Of a stretch of 64,000 nt of DNA, positions 61,088-64,000 are shown in pieces (the first letter of the stretch is position 1; every line of letters begins with the position of its first letter). Below the pieces are notes generated by a model that had not been told where the DNA came from, did no database searches, and saw nothing but the letters and a program-made list of their open reading frames with translations. This stretch comes from Basidiobolus meristosporus CBS 931.73 (lineage: Eukaryota > Fungi > Basidiobolomycota). Both the position numbers and the translations under genes were made by a program. The DNA lies in the NCBI GenBank assembly GCA_002104905.1, contig MCFE01000002.1:186001-250000 (forward strand), given 5' to 3'.

Positions 61088-64000
61088 ATGCCCGTCCGAC
61101 ATTTTGATAGTAAGTAGTTTGCTCGTATGTTAATTTCAGGGCCAAGTTTGTTGGTAGAGGTTTGGTGAGCATGTCCGCACTACCCCCATCTTCGGGGTTT
61201 AGCTCTGTCACCCTTGAGCAGCCGCATCTCACGCAATCTAAACCTCCCCGAGCTTGGTGCACAGGACTCGGATGAGTACTAATAAACCTGGTGAATTTGA
61301 TATACAGTCTTTACCGCAGAGCGTCGCCTGCTTCAACATTCGTCTTTAGCGTTGTTAAAAAATATCCGCCTGGGCATCGATGGAACTTACTGGTTGCGCA
61401 AACTACTCCAATCTACAGTACGCGAGGCAGCCCCTGCGGCCATGGGTGGAGTTCCATTTGGTATGAAGGCTGCTATCGAGCGAGAACTCGAGTTGTTCAA
61501 GTAAGTGGTTCATTCATGGGGGTGGAACAACATATCTTGGCTACTGAGATTATCACGGCACAAATCCTCAAAGAATATTGCATGTCTGGCATAGTTGTTG
61601 ACACAGCCCTAACTACCACTATACGTAGATCGCACGATATACAGCCATTCTTCGTATTCAACGGACTATCATTGATCCGCAAGGACAAGCCATTCTCCAG
61701 TGAAGACACTCGACCACAGAAACGTGCGAACGCATGGGACGCATACGAAAAGGGAAAATTGGACCAAGCGATGAGTGGTTGGATCAGTTCAGGCTCCGTC
61801 TTCCAACCAGACCTATTGAATATGGTCTTCGAGATATTGCATGCTCACAATGTTGAGTTCATCCGAGCCCCTTATTCCGCCTGGCCACAGGTAAGCAGAG
61901 GACAGTGGGCTCCGAGGGAATCTCGTATTAACCCCACGTAGTTGGTTTACTTCGAAAAGCACAGCAAAGAGTTCATCCATGCTATCTACGGAAGTTCAGA
62001 GTTGCTCATGTACGATGTGGACAAGGTGGTGATAGGCATGGACCTTGAGGTAATCGAACACCACACGCAGTGGCATTTGCTTCTAGTCACTGACTCGTTG
62101 GATAGAAAGGAAATTACACCTGGGTGAGCAAAAAAACGATCCTTCAGGATTTACAAGTCAATGATGAACAGTTCCTGGACATTTGTATTCTCGCTGGCTT
62201 CGAGTACAGTAGTACCTTCCCACCGCTGCAGAGTGATATGATGTCTTTCACGTTCAAGGGGGTCATTGATATGATCAAGCAATACAAGACTGGCTTCAAC
62301 GCAGTCCAAGGGTTTGCCGACCATGCCGAAGTATGGCCAGAGCTGAAATGCTTCTTCATAAGCCAAGCACTAAAGCTCTCCGACTGTAGGTTATCAAGAC
62401 TAAATATGTAGACCACTATTGTCGGATTCGCTGTGCCATCAAATATCATCCGATCCTTAACGAGGAGGGGCACGTTGAGCCTTTAAACATCGAAAACGCA
62501 CCTACAGATATCCATGAGTTCATGGGCTACCGTCTACCAGACGAAGTTTATTTTTATCTCACCCAGTGTCTGATCAACCCTCAGGTAGCATGCTTTTGAT
62601 GAGCTACTCCAGATCACTGCTAACGTAGTATTGTGCGAAAGGTGATCAACAACTTACAATCGGGAGTCTTGATTGAGCTTCCCCCTCTGTGTAACGGCGA
62701 AACTCAAGAGTACCACCAGTTCCTTTCCAAATTACTGAAGATAAGAGTCCAGAGTCTTGGTCTTCTGGTCGAGCCCCTACATCAGTTTTATCATTCTCGC
62801 AAAGTGGTAGCGTACACTAACAATCACAAATGCATCATTGAAGTTGTATGAAGATTTACTGGATAATGATCAGGTCTCTATCTTTTGGTTTGAGCCAAAC
62901 ACCGAGCATCCCATGAGCCACAAGGACCTCGTTAAAGCCAGCGAATGGTCCATTCCTCAAAATGTGATTCAGCAAGCACAGAGAGCAGAGAATGTAAGTA
63001 CTTACGTCCCGGGACACAAAGCTTGGGCTGACATTTGGATACATCCCTATAGGGGCAGTTGGATCTGGGCCTAGCTCTATCTTCCTTGGCTACCTTCACT
63101 CAATCTCATAGCGCTAGCACTGTAAGTCATCCTTGATTTGCTGCCAACTCCCTCGGGACTGATTTTTATCATCGCACATAGCTTCTCAAAACCAAAGACC
63201 AAATTGTCCTGAATATTTTGCTCAAGCTGCTAGAGAGACGTAGGTTTGTATCCCGAGGAATTCAATTACCGGCGGGTTGACTCTAAGATCCGTTCTATCA
63301 TAGCTTCATTGAGCCCAATCGTACGCTGAGCAAATATGGTCGGGCTTATTTAGATGGTCTTAGACTAGGAGCAAATCAAAGATCCGAAGAGCTTTATCTC
63401 GCTCTGGAATTGATTCGTATGGATATATTGCGTGCGGAGCCCTATAGCAAGACATATTTCGGAGCTCCTACGGTTGGCACTGAGGAGGAAAAGAAGCACA
63501 TTACTCTTATTTGTAGAGTGGCTGGCTTGCTACGTATCCAGGCCAAAGCCCAGCCATGGGTTGGTAACCTCAACCGGGATCTATTGGTAATCAACGGATT
63601 CATCAAGAACCTATCGAAAAGTTTAAGAAATTTGATTGAGATGTCGACCCTCAACCTCTTCCTGACCAACCGGTGCACCAAAAGCCGAGATGATTATCTT
63701 GAAATAGCCTTCAGGTAACACTCGGTCTGTATGCTTCAACAGAAGCCAACTGCTAATTGGTTCAACAAAACAGCTTGCCGTTCTTGCATGATACCAACAC
63801 CGCGTTCAGTATTGTCACCAAGGCTTTCTTAGAGAAGAGAATTCAACTCGGTGGTGCAAGTGCCTCCGAAGCATTAGCATCGTTAAAACAAACGTTCAGT
63901 TCATGTATAGATTTGGAATCCGATCTGAAGACACTGTTCAGCTTCTGGGATCAGGTACTAATTACTTGTTTCTGGACCCCGTGCTCTTTCCTCATTTTGA
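61088..64000 (+). CDS. MKT1: Mkt1 (XPG/FEN-like, Pbp1-associated post-transcriptional regulator), runs off the window
   Basis: MPVRHFD|..., IRLGIDGTYWLRKL, PFFVFNGL, VEFIRAPYSAWPQL, IHAIYGSSELLMY, FLDICILAG, PTDIHEFMGYRLPDEVYFYL; many short introns. Confidence 0.9.

Overview
Eukaryotic (fungal, probably early-diverging lineage) genomic DNA in two sharply different halves. (1) 1-~22,850 is a CpG-poor transposon block. It holds a DDE_Tnp_4 (Harbinger/ISL2EU-like) transposase pseudogene and a CACTA/EnSpm transposase split by a full-length Ty1/copia element (6046-17509, 349-bp LTRs ~95% identical, TSD CAATC, half-tRNA-iMet PBS). The copia integrase is in turn split by a young Ty3/gypsy element (8127-14901, 388-bp LTRs with 1 mismatch, TSD TACTG). 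Further truncated copia copies follow in both orientations. (2) ~23,600-64,000 is a gene-dense, short-intron block of housekeeping genes: dynactin p150, SFP1, cyclophilin, ERG12, an RRM protein, RRP7, ORC1, HEM25, FIG4, MAK21, NOT4, transgelin, a GPI protein, a multi-domain glycosyltransferase, UBC4 and MKT1 (partial). Best candidate for something undescribed: the gypsy element carries a third, ~389-codon sense ORF of unrecognisable family between integrase and the 3' LTR. Also notable: a CpG-deamination footprint in that element, a telomeric-repeat patch inside a copia LTR, an EOS1-like/GT31/GT32/beta-sandwich fusion, and an Orc1 with three AT-hooks. All assignments are by motif recognition and manual alignment; no searches were run. 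Several single-base frameshifts in housekeeping genes suggest assembly indel errors.
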